Of a stretch of 64,000 nucleotides of DNA, positions 49,771 through 58,981 are shown piece by piece. This DNA is from Pirellulales bacterium. GTDB taxonomy: Bacteria; Planctomycetota; Planctomycetia; Pirellulales; PALSA-1355. Location of the stretch: the NCBI GenBank assembly GCA_040877415.1, contig JBBDNV010000087.1:20884-84883 (forward strand). The letters run 5' to 3'. Position 1 is the stretch's first letter. Every line of letters starts with the position of its first letter. Under the pieces are notes generated by a model. That model searched no databases, had not been told where the DNA came from, and saw only the letters and a list, made by a program, of their open reading frames with translations. The translations under genes and the position numbers were made by a program.

Positions 49771-51297
49771 ATGACGCTCGTTTCCGAAACGCGAAGCATA
49801 CGCAACGGCGAGCGGCTGGCGCTGGCCAAGGTGCCGCAACTGCCGCTCGGCGAACTGCAGTCGTGGCTCGACGAGCGGATCGCCGCCGGCGGTCAGCTTT
49901 CCGCGCTGTTTGGCGTTCCGCTGGACTCGACGGCGCTGGCGCTCTACGCCGTCACGACCGCGGCAACCAGCGGCACCATTGCGGTTGCGGAAACGGTCGT
50001 CAAAGGACGCTATCCCGCGCTCACGCCGCGCGTGCCCCAGGCCCATTGGTTCGAGCGCGAGATCGCCGAGCAGTGGGGCGTGGTGCCCGAAGGCCACCCC
50101 TGGCTGAAGCCGATTCGTTTTCACGCCTCGTACGCCTCCGGCAGGGACGCATGGAACCGGGCGGCCGGCGAGGCGATCCTGCCGGGCGTAACCGATTATT
50201 TCCGGGTCGAGGGGGAGGAAATTCACGAAGTCGCCGTGGGGCCGGTCCACGCCGGCGTCATCGAGCCCGGCCATTTTCGGTTTCAGTGCCACGGCGAGCA
50301 CGTGTTTACGCTGGAAATCGAGCTGGGCTATCAACACCGCGGCATCGAGCGCCAGCTCGTGGGCGGTCCCACGAAGCGGACGCTGCATTACATGGAGACC
50401 CTGGCGGGAGATACCACGATCGGGCACGCAGCGGCGTATTCCCAGGCCGTCGAGGGATTGTCCGGCTCCGCGCCTCCGCTGCGGGCACAAGCCATTCGGG
50501 TGATCGCGCTCGAGCTCGAGCGGCTGGCCAACCACGTCGGCGATCTCGGTGCGCTGGCGCAGGACGTGGGCTATTTGCCGACGGCGTCCTACTGCGGCCG
50601 TCTCCGCGGAGATTTTTTGAACGCGACCGCGATGATTTGCGGCAATCGTTTTGGTCGCGGAACCGTGCGCCCCGGCGGCGTCGGATTCGATATCGACGAA
50701 TCGCTGGCAAAAGCGCTGTGCGAGAAGGTCGAGGCCGCGCTGCGAGACGTCGAGGGAGCCACCCGGCTGCTGTGGACCACGTCGAGCGTCATGGCCCGAT
50801 TTGAGGAGACGGGCAGGGTTTCGCGGGCAACGGCGAGTGAGCTGGGGCTCGTGGGACCGGCGGCCCGGGCGTGCGGGATCGATCGCGACATCCGCCGCGA
50901 CTTTCCGTCCGGATATTATCGATTCGCGCAACTGCCCGTGTCGACGTGGCACTCCGGCGACGCGTTTGCGCGGGCCTACTTGCGCTGGTTGGAGGTGAAT
51001 CGCTCCGCCCGTTTCATCATCGAACAGCTTCGCGCGCTTCCGCACACGACGCTTCGCGCCGAGGTCGGTCCGCTCGAGCCGAATAGCCTGGTGGTCGCGT
51101 TGGTCGAAGGCTGGCGCGGTGAGATTTGCCACGTGGCGCTCACCGACGACGACGGCCGCTTTGCCCACTACAAGGTGGTCGATCCTAGCTTTCACAATTG
51201 GATCGGGCTGGCCATGTCGCTTCGCGACCAGCAGATTTCGGATTTTCCCCTGTGCAACAAGAGTTTCAACCTGTCGTACTGCGGTCACGACCTGTGA
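49771..51297 (+). CDS. Fused NuoC-NuoD / HyfG(HycE)-like large subunit lacking the canonical Ni-Fe cysteine ligands
   Basis: The N-terminal part is 30-kDa-like (AHWFEREIAEQWGVVPEGHPWLKP). The 49-kDa/large-subunit core is GPVHAGVIEPGHFRF, LELERLANHVGD. The L1 position reads ETLAGDTTIGH (no Cys). The C-terminus reads DFPLCNKSFNLSYCGHDL instead of DPCxxCxxR. Confidence 0.85.
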   Translation: MTLVSETRSIRNGERLALAKVPQLPLGELQSWLDERIAAGGQLSALFGVPLDSTALALYAVTTAATSGTIAVAETVVKGRYPALTPRVPQAHWFEREIAEQWGVVPEGHPWLKPIRFHASYASGRDAWNRAAGEAILPGVTDYFRVEGEEIHEVAVGPVHAGVIEPGHFRFQCHGEHVFTLEIELGYQHRGIERQLVGGPTKRTLHYMETLAGDTTIGHAAAYSQAVEGLSGSAPPLRAQAIRVIALELERLANHVGDLGALAQDVGYLPTASYCGRLRGDFLNATAMICGNRFGRGTVRPGGVGFDIDESLAKALCEKVEAALRDVEGATRLLWTTSSVMARFEETGRVSRATASELGLVGPAARACGIDRDIRRDFPSGYYRFAQLPVSTWHSGDAFARAYLRWLEVNRSARFIIEQLRALPHTTLRAEVGPLEPNSLVVALVEGWRGEICHVALTDDDGRFAHYKVVDPSFHNWIGLAMSLRDQQISDFPLCNKSFNLSYCGHDL

Positions 51298-51318
51298 TCC
51301 CACCAGGAGACCATCGCG

Positions 51319-52101
51319 ATGCTGAAAGTGCTCGGAGAACGATGGCGTCAGGGCCACCGCACGATTTCGTGGCCGGCCGGCGCTCCGCCGGTGCTGCCGG
51401 AACGCTTTCGCGGCTTGCCGGTCGTCGACACGTCGAAATGCCCCGACGGGTGCCGCGAGTGCGCTAAAGCCTGCCCGACCGATGCGATCACCGTGAATGG
51501 ATCGCTCAAGTTGGACCTGGGACGCTGCCTGTTTTGCACCGATTGCATGGAAGCCTGCCCAGAGGGAGCGATCGCCTATACCCAGGACTTTCGACTTGCC
51601 TCGCGCACCCGAGACGGCCTCGCGATGGATGGCTCGGCGCTAGCGCTGGCCGCAGCATTGGACGAAAAGACGCGCCGGTTGTTCGGCCGCTCCCTGCAAT
51701 TGCGCGAAGTCAGCGCCGGCGGCTGCAACGGCTGTGAAGCGGACGTCAACGTGCTGAGCACGATCGTGTTCGACCTCAGCCGATTTGGCATCAGCATTGT
51801 CGCTTCGCCGCGCCACGCGGATGGCCTGATCATTACCGGCCCGGTCACCCAAAACATGAAGCTGGCGCTGCGCAAGACGTACGATGCGACTCCGCCGCCG
51901 AAGATTGTCGTCGCCGTCGGGGCCTGCGCCATCAGCGGCGGGCCGTATGTGGATCACCCCGAGCAGAACAACGGCGCGGACAGCGTTGTTCCGGTCGACC
52001 TGTATATTCCCGGCTGCCCACCCCATCCCCTGACGATTCTCGACGGCCTGCTGCGCTTGTTGGGACGGATTGAGGATGGGACGCGGCGCGCCGCAACTTA
52101 A
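51319..52101 (+). CDS. Fusion of a 2x[4Fe-4S] ferredoxin module (NuoI/HycF-like) with a NuoB/HycG-like small subunit
   Basis: AGGAGA precedes the ATG. Ferredoxin motifs are CPDGCRECAKACP and CLFCTDCMEACP. NuoB-type cluster ligands are GGCNGCE, GACAISGGP and PGCPP. Confidence 0.8.
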   Translation: MLKVLGERWRQGHRTISWPAGAPPVLPERFRGLPVVDTSKCPDGCRECAKACPTDAITVNGSLKLDLGRCLFCTDCMEACPEGAIAYTQDFRLASRTRDGLAMDGSALALAAALDEKTRRLFGRSLQLREVSAGGCNGCEADVNVLSTIVFDLSRFGISIVASPRHADGLIITGPVTQNMKLALRKTYDATPPPKIVVAVGACAISGGPYVDHPEQNNGADSVVPVDLYIPGCPPHPLTILDGLLRLLGRIEDGTRRAAT

Positions 52102-52116
52102 AGCGATGTTCGAATC

Positions 52117-54135
52117 ATGGCTCAAGCAACCCTAGAAATTCCACGCGGAAACGCCGCCGGGTTTCGCAAGTATTTCCAGCACGACTTGCCGGCGGGTTTC
52201 CTGGTGTTCCTCATCGCGCTGCCGCTTTGTCTGGGGATTTCCCTGGCCTGCGGGTATCCGCCGCTGGCGGGGATCTTCACGGCCATCATCGGCGCGATTC
52301 TGACGACGTTCATCAGCAATTCCGAGCTCACCATCAAAGGACCGGCGGCGGGTTTGATTGTCATCGCCATAGGCTGCATCGAAGACTTCGGCGGCGACGG
52401 CGCCGTGGGCGGATTCACCGGGGCGGACATGACAGCCTACAAGGTGGCGCTGGCCGTCGGCGTGGCCGCCGCGGTGCTCCAGATCCTGTTCGGCCTGTTT
52501 CGCGCCGGCATCCTGGGTGAGTTCTTTCCGATCTCGGCCGTGCACGGCATGCTGGCGGCGATCGGCGTGATCATCGTCGCCAAACAGATTCCCGTCGCGC
52601 TGGGGGTCGAGGCGAAAGGCGATCCGCTGGTGCTGCTGCGAGACATTCCCCACTTCGTCGTCGAGGCCAACCCGGCCATCGCCGCCATCGGGGTCGTCGG
52701 CATGCTCATCATGTTCCTGTGGCCGGTCGTCCGTCACCGGCTCGGCTTTCTGAAGTTGATCCCGGCGCCCATGGTCGTGCTGCTGGCGACGGTGCCGATG
52801 GGCATGGCCTTCGATCTTTTGCACGCCCATTCATACGCGCTCGAGGGACACAAGTACCAGCTCGGGGGGCAGTACCTGGTGTCGATGCCGGACCGCGTGT
52901 TTGGCATGTTCGATGAGATCACGCTGCCCGATTTTTCGGCCCTTGCCCAGCCGAAGGCCTGGAAGTGGGTGTTCATGTTCTTCGTGATCGGGAGCCTGGA
53001 GTCGCTCTTGAGCGCGAAGGCCATCGACATCATCGACCCGTGGAAGCGCAAGACGAACATGAATCGCGACATGACGGCCATCGGCGTGGCCAACCTGGCC
53101 AGCGCGCTGGTGGGCGGCCTGCCGATGATTTCCGAAATCGTCCGCAGCAAGGCCAATATCGACAACGGCGCGAGGACCCGCTTCGCCGACATGTGGCACG
53201 GCGTCTTCTTGCTGGCCTGCGTGGCGTTGATTCCGACAATCCTGCACCGGATCCCGCTGGCGGCGCTGGCGTCCATGCTGGTCTACACCGGCTACCGGCT
53301 GGCGCATCCTTCCGAGTTCATTCACGTCTATCACGTCGGTCGCGAGCAGCTCGTTGTCTTCGTAACGACCCTGATCGGGGTGCTGGCGACCGACTTGCTG
53401 ATCGGAATCGGGATCGGCATCGGCGTCAAGCTGCTGATTCACATTGTCAACGGCGTGCCGCTGAGTTCGTTGGTCAAGCCGTATCTGGAGGTGTCCGACG
53501 TCGATGACCGAACCTGCAGGATCTTGGCCCACGGTTCGGCCGTGTTCACCAATTGGATTCCGTTCCGCCGCGAAATCGAAAACCTCGGGTTGGTGCAGCG
53601 CAAGAACGTGATCGTCGATCTCTCGGATACGACGCTTGTGGACCACAGCGTGATGGACAAGTTGGCTGTGATGCAGCGCGACTTCGCTCAAGAGGGCTTG
53701 TCGCTCGAGATCACCGGGCTTGACGCCCACCAGCAATTGTCGCGACACGATCAGGCCGCCCGCAAGCGCGGGCTGGCGCGAATCCGCCGCCTCACCGTCA
53801 TCACGGACAAGGCGCACGAGAAATGGCTCGAGGAGGAGTTCGTCGGGTGTGGGGCCAGCGGCTACACCGTCGTCCCTTGCTTGGGAGCCGGCTGGCGGCA
53901 CATCGCCGGGAACGAAGCGTCCGCAAACTCGCAAGTGCGTATCGAGGTGATTGTCACGAACGATGTCTGCGCACGTATTCTTGAATTCTTACGAAGGGAG
54001 GTTCGGCCCGAACACCACACGACTGCTTGCGTCGAAACCGTCGAAGTGTTGCGCATTGGTCAGTTCCGGGTCGATCAAGCCGAACGCATTCCTGGGGTTG
54101 CCGGCATGGCGTCGCAAACCGATCATGGGGGATGA
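52117..54135 (+). CDS. SulP-family anion transporter with STAS domain and an additional C-terminal PII-like domain
   Basis: SulP core ([58 protein letters not shown]). STAS ([19 protein letters not shown]). About 110 extra aa follow, with a beta-alpha-beta-beta-alpha-beta look ([30 protein letters not shown]...[19 protein letters not shown]). Confidence 0.85.
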   Translation: MAQATLEIPRGNAAGFRKYFQHDLPAGFLVFLIALPLCLGISLACGYPPLAGIFTAIIGAILTTFISNSELTIKGPAAGLIVIAIGCIEDFGGDGAVGGFTGADMTAYKVALAVGVAAAVLQILFGLFRAGILGEFFPISAVHGMLAAIGVIIVAKQIPVALGVEAKGDPLVLLRDIPHFVVEANPAIAAIGVVGMLIMFLWPVVRHRLGFLKLIPAPMVVLLATVPMGMAFDLLHAHSYALEGHKYQLGGQYLVSMPDRVFGMFDEITLPDFSALAQPKAWKWVFMFFVIGSLESLLSAKAIDIIDPWKRKTNMNRDMTAIGVANLASALVGGLPMISEIVRSKANIDNGARTRFADMWHGVFLLACVALIPTILHRIPLAALASMLVYTGYRLAHPSEFIHVYHVGREQLVVFVTTLIGVLATDLLIGIGIGIGVKLLIHIVNGVPLSSLVKPYLEVSDVDDRTCRILAHGSAVFTNWIPFRREIENLGLVQRKNVIVDLSDTTLVDHSVMDKLAVMQRDFAQEGLSLEITGLDAHQQLSRHDQAARKRGLARIRRLTVITDKAHEKWLEEEFVGCGASGYTVVPCLGAGWRHIAGNEASANSQVRIEVIVTNDVCARILEFLRREVRPEHHTTACVETVEVLRIGQFRVDQAERIPGVAGMASQTDHGG

Positions 54136-54221
54136 TGGAACCGTCGGGCGCCGCGTGCTCGGCCCCGCGGCGCCGCACGGCGAACTCATCGTCACGGCCC
54201 CCGCTCATCAAGGAGAGTCGA

Positions 54222-54881
54222 ATGCGAACCCTTCGAGAGCTGATCGAAAACAATCGGAAATGGTCGGAAGACATCACGCGGCGCGATCCCGATTTCTTCC
54301 CGCGGCTCGCTCGCCAGCAGCAGCCGCGGTACCTTTGGATCGGATGTGCCGACAGTCGCGTGCCGGCGAACCAGGTCGTGGGTTTGGATCCGGGTGAGTT
54401 GTTCGTGCATCGCAACGTTGCCAATCTGGTCGTGCATTCGGATTTAAACTGCCTTTCGGTGATTCAGTACGCGGTCGAGGTGCTAGAGGTCGAGCACGTC
54501 ATTGTTTGCGGTCACTACGGGTGCGGCGGCGTCAAGGCCGCCCTGGAGAACGAGCAGCTTGGACTGATCGACAACTGGCTCAGGCACATTCAGGACATCC
54601 GAGACAAGCACATGACGAGCCTGGAAAGGATCGCGGACGCCGCGGCTCGCTGCGACCGGCTGTGCGAGCTGAACGTCGTGGAGCAGGTTGTCAACGTGTG
54701 CCACACAACGATCGCGCGGGATGCGTGGCGCAGGAATCAGCCGCTGACCGTGCACGGATGGATTTACCGGATCACCGACGGCCATGTGCGGGACCTGAAC
54801 ATGTGCGTCAGGCACCCGGAGGAGCTGTCCGCGAGCTATAACCTGGCGCGCAGTTCCATTGCCATACCGCGGCACGCTTGA
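54222..54881 (+). CDS. Beta-class carbonic anhydrase
   Basis: AAGGAGAG precedes ATG 54222. WIGCADSRVP (Cys-Asp-Arg zinc site) and VCGHYGCGGV (His, Cys ligands). The length is typical for Can/CynT. Confidence 0.9.
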   Translation: MRTLRELIENNRKWSEDITRRDPDFFPRLARQQQPRYLWIGCADSRVPANQVVGLDPGELFVHRNVANLVVHSDLNCLSVIQYAVEVLEVEHVIVCGHYGCGGVKAALENEQLGLIDNWLRHIQDIRDKHMTSLERIADAAARCDRLCELNVVEQVVNVCHTTIARDAWRRNQPLTVHGWIYRITDGHVRDLNMCVRHPEELSASYNLARSSIAIPRHA

Positions 54882-54982
54882 CGTGGAGACGGAGCTGTCA
54901 CAACTCCTGTGTGGAGAGTGAGTGGGGCTTGGGTGGCCCCGTTTCTCTCCAAGTTCTCCCCAAGATTCGACCACCTGTGCAG

Positions 54983-55282
54983 CTATTCGCCCATGGGACG
55001 GCGGACTTCGTAGCGAGTCATGCGATTCACTTTTTGCGGCAGTTGCTGGACCTGGCAACGCTCGCGGCACTCGGCAATCGTCATCGCATACGGCACCCAG
55101 GATCCGCCATTGAACTCAAACGTCATTTTGTTTTCATCTTCCATTAGCGTGAAGGGTTTACCATATGCGACCGGGGGCTTCCTTTCCGGCATCATCAGAG
55201 GCGCCAGCGGTGGCGGCACATGCGACCCGCGGGTTTGATGCTTCTTCTGACGGTTGCCATGAAATCGTTTTTTCCTACCCAT
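54983..55282 (-). CDS. Small hypothetical protein
   Basis: Start at MGRKKRF. Basic N-terminus followed by a protein-like core (FTLMEDENKMTFEFNGGSWVPYAMTIAECRERC). No family recognised. Confidence 0.35.
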   Translation of the reverse strand: MGRKKRFHGNRQKKHQTRGSHVPPPLAPLMMPERKPPVAYGKPFTLMEDENKMTFEFNGGSWVPYAMTIAECRERCQVQQLPQKVNRMTRYEVRRPMGE

Positions 55283-55438
55283 TGCCGATCCCCTCGCCAA
55301 TGTTGTACGGTTCCGACCGCGCCATACGTGGGCCGAACCGCCCCAGCGCCGGCTTGGGGTCAAAATTGGCCCAAGAACAAACCGGAGGGGCGCGAAACGC
55401 GCCCCTCCGGCTCTTGCATGCAGCCGAAAGATGATCCA

Positions 55439-55759
55439 CTAACGGCCAAAACGACCGCCGCCGCGATAGCCCCCGCGAGCGCCGCTGCGCTCTTCGCGAG
55501 GCTTAGCCTCGTTGACGCTCATCGCGCGTCCATCGTGCTCTTTCAAGTTCAAGCCCTGGATCGCCTGGTTCGCCGCGTTGTCGTCGTCCATCTCCACGAA
55601 ACCAAACCCTTTGCTGCGCCCGGTGTCGCGGTCTTGAATGACTTCGGCGCTGCGCACCGTGCCGAACTCTGAAAACATCTGTTCCAGATCGGCGCTCGTG
55701 ACGTTGTAACTCAAATTTCCTGCGTACAACTTCTTGCCCACAATCGACTCCCTCAACAA
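55439..55759 (-). CDS. RNA-binding protein with RRM domain and Arg/Gly-rich tail
   Basis: RNP2 is KLYAGNLSY. RNP1 is KGFGFVEM. The RGG tail is GARGGYRGGGRFGR. The true start may be the GTG at 55741. Confidence 0.85.
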   Translation of the reverse strand: MLRESIVGKKLYAGNLSYNVTSADLEQMFSEFGTVRSAEVIQDRDTGRSKGFGFVEMDDDNAANQAIQGLNLKEHDGRAMSVNEAKPREERSGARGGYRGGGRFGR

Positions 55760-56401
55760 AAATACTGTCGACCCAAATCAATTTTCCGGGGTCGAATCGA
55801 AAGGGGCCAAGGTGGTGGCCCCTCCAAGCAGGCGAGACGAGAGAGGACGAGGGGCAGATTCAGAAGAACCAACGCTTCGAGCGCGTCGTCAAACCGACTA
55901 AGTGCAATATAGCTGATTGTTGGCCCGATGCTAGGGCAATTCCAGCGCAAACGGCCTGCGCGTGAGAAAATGAGGCTCGATCCGGCATGCGCGAAAGAGG
56001 TGTATCCGCTCCGCCACAACACACTTGCGCCGACGCAGCAGTCCCCGCCAGCGCCTTTTTTGGCTGCTGACGTGAACAACGCGCCTCGGTGCTAGAGGAG
56101 TTCAGTCGCTGCGCGAGCGTGTTTCTCAAACCGACATCCGCTGCTTGGATCGCTCCCGAGCATCCGCCGGTTGCCTGCAAAATCCCCAGGGAACAACAAG
56201 GGGGAAGGAAGTGGGGGTTTGGGGGAGAAACCCGGGGCCTCTGGTTTCTCTCCCAAGGCCCTTGCGATGCGACTCATTTCCACCCGCAGATTCTGCTCAG
56301 GAACCAATAAGTCTATGGGGCGCAGATCACCGCGTGTTAGAATGAGAGTCGCCTGTGGGCAGTTTTTTTTTGCGCGAGCACTCACAAACAGGGCCATCCC
56401 A

Positions 56402-56569
56402 ATGAGCAGCGTCATCCCCATCGAAAAAGGCGACATCGTCGAACACAAGGCTACCGGTCAAACCTGGCGAGTGGTTTCCAACGCCGAGGGCAAGCTGCGA
56501 GTCAAAGGCAATGGCATGTCAAAGACTTTTCTGTTGCACGAAGTCAAAAAGGCTCCTCCCAGATCGTGA
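56402..56569 (+). CDS. Small hypothetical protein
   Basis: 55 aa, MSSVIPIEKGDIVEHKATGQTWRVVSNAEGKLRVKG..., an SH3-like beta pattern. Weak. Confidence 0.3.
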   Translation: MSSVIPIEKGDIVEHKATGQTWRVVSNAEGKLRVKGNGMSKTFLLHEVKKAPPRS

Positions 56570-56600
56570 TGCCGACGGCACTTCAATTCACATAACCTCA

Positions 56601-57650
56601 CTACCCTGCGATGCGCATGCGCTGGTTTTCGGGGAGTGATCGTGCCTGGCTGTTGGCCCCAGGGGCATTGCCTTGTTGTTGGCGTTGATGCCGTGGCGGG
56701 ACGACGTCCGTGGCAAGTCCGAAAAACTCCAGCGTGCGAATGAAAACGTAAATCAGGTCGATTTCCCACCAGCGATGTGAATTGCTGGCACTGGACGGAT
56801 CGGCGTGGTGATTGTTGTGCCAGCCTTCGCCGCTGGTCAATAGTGCCACGAACCAACTGTTGCGGCTGTTGTCGGCCGTTTCGTACGTTTGGTATCCGAC
56901 GAGATGGGTCAATGAGTTGACCGACCAACTGATGTGCCAAACGCAGACAGTCCGCGCGATCACGCCCCAGACTAGCAAGCTGAGTCCAAATTGCATGCCG
57001 CTCGACAAGCTGAATGTCGTGCCCCAGCCAAGCAGGAATCCGGCCAAAAAGTAGACGAACGCATGGCCCAGGTAGATCCAAATCGGCAACAGGCTGCGTT
57101 CTAATCGCAAGTAGAACGGATCGCGCAGCACGTCGCGCGCGTAGCGCTCGTACGCCGACATACTCCGCACGGCGTGATTCTCAACCAGCAGCCATCCAAC
57201 GTGGCCCCAGAGAAAGCTCACCAGCGGACTGTGGGGATCGGGTCGGGCGTCGGATTCATGGTGGTGAAGCCGATGCGTCGCGATCCAACTGGCCGGAGCA
57301 TCTTCCATGCAACACAGCGCACAAATCACGAAACATCGTTCCAGCCACAGAGGACACTTGAAACTGCGATGAGTCAACAAGCGATGGTAGGCAATGTTGA
57401 TCCCCAATCCGCCATAAATCTCAATGCCCGCCACCAGCAGTACGACGCCGGTCCAACTGAAGAGCCACGGCAGGCACACCCCCAGTGCTAGCAAATGCAT
57501 GGTGGCAATCGGGATGGCGTACCGCCACGCGATGCGTTTTGTGACCGCAGCGGGGCGATCCAATCCCTTTGGCCCCGGCTCGTAGAGACGAATCGATGCC
57601 GGGCGATCGCTCTCGACCCTTCCAGATCTGAGCGATGAAACGGTGGGCAT
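56601..57650 (-). CDS. Acyl-CoA (delta-9-type) fatty acid desaturase
   Basis: Three His boxes: HRLLTHRSF, HRLHHHESD and GEGWHNNHHA. Confidence 0.85.
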   Translation of the reverse strand: MPTVSSLRSGRVESDRPASIRLYEPGPKGLDRPAAVTKRIAWRYAIPIATMHLLALGVCLPWLFSWTGVVLLVAGIEIYGGLGINIAYHRLLTHRSFKCPLWLERCFVICALCCMEDAPASWIATHRLHHHESDARPDPHSPLVSFLWGHVGWLLVENHAVRSMSAYERYARDVLRDPFYLRLERSLLPIWIYLGHAFVYFLAGFLLGWGTTFSLSSGMQFGLSLLVWGVIARTVCVWHISWSVNSLTHLVGYQTYETADNSRNSWFVALLTSGEGWHNNHHADPSSASNSHRWWEIDLIYVFIRTLEFFGLATDVVPPRHQRQQQGNAPGANSQARSLPENQRMRIAG

Positions 57651-57832
57651 GGTTGTTCCTGGCGGTCCGGGTCCAACTACTTCAATTTCAATCGCCGCGA
57701 TCGAGGCCGGTCATGAGGAACAATCGGAATAATCTGAGAGATGCCGGGCAAAGCCGGGCTTTCCCTCGTCACAAAACAGCCACAGGCCGGTGCGATCGGC
57801 CCACTCATGCGCGTCGTGGCTGTGGGCGTCCG

Positions 57833-58057
57833 TCAAACCAATGGCGGTCCAATGGCGGTGATTGAACCGTGGCTGCTATAGAGGAAACTAACCCCCCACC
57901 ATGCCAAACCGATCGCCGCTGCGCCGAGGGCAACGTAAAAGAACACCTCGATCAGACCTTTGCCAAATCGGAGAGAGTCGATCTCTCCGCACTGATCGCA
58001 GCGCTTGGTGAGGAGCGGAATCGGCTGCCAACACTTGCGGCAATGCACTTTTCTCAT
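57833..58057 (-). CDS. Small zinc-ribbon protein with C-terminal TM segment
   Basis: CRKCWQP...CDQCG followed by the hydrophobic VFFYVALGAAAIGLAWWGVSFL. Confidence 0.4.
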   Translation of the reverse strand: MRKVHCRKCWQPIPLLTKRCDQCGEIDSLRFGKGLIEVFFYVALGAAAIGLAWWGVSFLYSSHGSITAIGPPLV

Positions 58058-58456
58058 GAACTTTGACCGTCGCTGATCATTAGGCGTCCACTCAGAAAAG
58101 GAACGCGCTCATTCGGATCACTAGCACAAATCGCAGCCGTCCCTTTGAAATACGCGAGGACACCTGGCAATGGGTCGGTCGCCTTTGCGCCGGGCACCAT
58201 TCGCCCCCCCCGAACGGGTACATGCGCAGTCGACGTAAATTACCCTGTCTACTTCATCGCCTGACGGCCGAACAACTGGCAAATCCCGGCACCGCACCCA
58301 GGCCAAATACTTGTCTCGACGAGATTTTTCGAGATCTCTCATCAGTTTTCGCTGGGATTCTTCAGAAAAGCAGGTTGATCCGCCTGGCCCTCTGATCTAT
58401 ACTAGGTTGAGGTGCAGAATTTGCAAGTGCAGTTTTTGTAACTGGTCGGTGGCTTC

Positions 58457-58981
58457 ATGGTCAATGTGATACTCAGCCGGGAAGATCTTGCTCGGGACCG
58501 GCAGGGCCGAACGTTTGCCGACGTGCTTGGGGATGCGGAGCAGCCCTTCGACCAGGTACTCGCTTTTTTTAATGATCAGGATCGACAGCGCCGCATGGAG
58601 GAATCAGAGCTGCACCACAACCGACCGCCTCTGGCCGGTGTGGTGCGAGAGCTTGAATCCCAAAGCGACGTCGACCGGTTTCTGGCTTCACAGCACCCTG
58701 GACGCACGAAGCGCTTGCGGCAGGCCGTCGGCGTCGTCGTGCGGATGATTATGGAGCGCCGTGGCTGGCGCAAGACGGGCAAGAAGGGTTCTCTCGGCGT
58801 TCGGGAGGTGCGTGAGATCCACACGACGAAGCCGGGCGCATACCACAACACCGGCGGACTGGCCTTCTGGTTTTTGCGCGCGGAGCGGTACGAGCGTCTG
58901 GAGGGCATGCCTTTCCGCTCAGTGCGCTCGCGCCGCGATGAGCTGGGATCCTTTCCTTCGCAGGAATCATCTGCAAACTGA
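58457..58981 (+). CDS. Hypothetical protein
   Basis: 174-aa ORF with protein-like composition in an AT-richer stretch. No family recognised. Confidence 0.4.
   Translation: MVNVILSREDLARDRQGRTFADVLGDAEQPFDQVLAFFNDQDRQRRMEESELHHNRPPLAGVVRELESQSDVDRFLASQHPGRTKRLRQAVGVVVRMIMERRGWRKTGKKGSLGVREVREIHTTKPGAYHNTGGLAFWFLRAERYERLEGMPFRSVRSRRDELGSFPSQESSAN

Noticed and set aside
44570-52101. Annotation as hydrogenase-4 / formate hydrogenlyase (hyf/hyc).
   Set aside because: Subunit order matches Hyf/Hyc. However, the large subunit has no cysteines at the L1 position and a non-canonical C-terminus. No hyp/hycI, fdhF or hycA/fhlA genes are in the window. It is reported instead as an Ehr-type hydrogenase-related module.
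55760-56400. A regulatory RNA or long structured 5' UTR upstream of the RRM RNA-binding protein gene.
   Set aside because: The ~640-bp gap is suggestive, but I could not identify a conserved motif or a convincing structure by eye. It is left unannotated.
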